A stretch of DNA of 64,000 bases from Amoebidium appalachense. Lineage: Eukaryota; Protista; Ichthyosporea. Made by a program: the position numbers and the translations under genes. Position 1 is the first letter of the stretch. Each line of letters opens with the position of its first letter. The notes below the pieces were generated by a model. The model saw nothing but the letters and a program-made list of their open reading frames with translations, was not told the DNA's origin and searched no databases. The stretch lies in contig CAVNZM010000005.1 in NCBI GenBank assembly GCA_963693365.1, positions 6,517,167 to 6,581,166 of the forward strand, read 5' to 3'. Shown here in pieces: positions 63,441-64,000 of the stretch.

Positions 63441-64000
63441 GGGGGGGGAGGGAGGGAGGGGGGTAGCACACGACTGATAGTCTTACATGTACGGGGTGAC
63501 TCTGATGTATGCACCTGCTCACATGCTCGCGGACACCCCTCATATGCACACGTACACACGTACCACCGCTTCACCTTCAAAGCACGTCTTTCGGTTTATT
63601 TAGGCCGAGGCGGGTTCAGAGCTGTTATAAGCTTAGACATCATACCGGTTGTATCTTACGCTGTACGCTACGTATACTATCCATTTGGAGACAAAACAAA
63701 TTAAAAACAAAGACGCTCAACAGGAACCTAGATGTGGTTAAAACTAAACCAATCCCCTCACCACCACCACAACCACAACCACAACCACCACAACCCAACC
63801 ACACACACACACATACGCGCGCGCACACACACACACGCGGGCCACCTAATATTAGTCTTGTTCATTCCCGGCCGTCAACTAAAGTTTTCCAAGGTGAGAG
63901 CCGATTACCTGAATCGCCCATGTGAAAGGGAGAGAATGTGTCTGCTTGTTATGTGGGCATATGTGTGTTCGGCAGGTGTCTGAGGATTGTGTTTTTGTGC

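Overview
Intron-rich eukaryotic (opisthokont) genomic DNA, saturated with (C)n/(G)n, (CA)n/(TG)n and (CT)n tracts; nearly all long ORFs in the six-frame track are microsatellite artefacts. Hand-splicing recovers six genes: an unknown helical protein (+, ~1179-9283, partial), a divergent T-box transcription factor (-, 13691-17039), an MDC1-like FHA + tandem BRCT protein (-, 22988-37578), EMC5/MMGT1 (-, 38496-44881), a SEPT3/9-group septin fused to an N-terminal calmodulin-like EF-hand pair (-, 47281-59608) and COPS9/CSNAP (+, 60710-63217). The gene set and the divergent T-box suggest a non-animal holozoan or related opisthokont (inference). The introns also carry what looks like a modular RNA-based mobile system. 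It has four parts: a 5'-truncated Penelope-like reverse transcriptase; a repeat family (A/B, 11 copies of the 3' end) with a covariation-supported pseudoknot and a conserved 3' end, mostly abutting poly-C; six ~130-nt box H/ACA-like RNAs with a shared guide pocket; and two further hairpin modules. All lie in the sense orientation of their host introns. Coordinates and structures were derived by eye and need computational confirmation.
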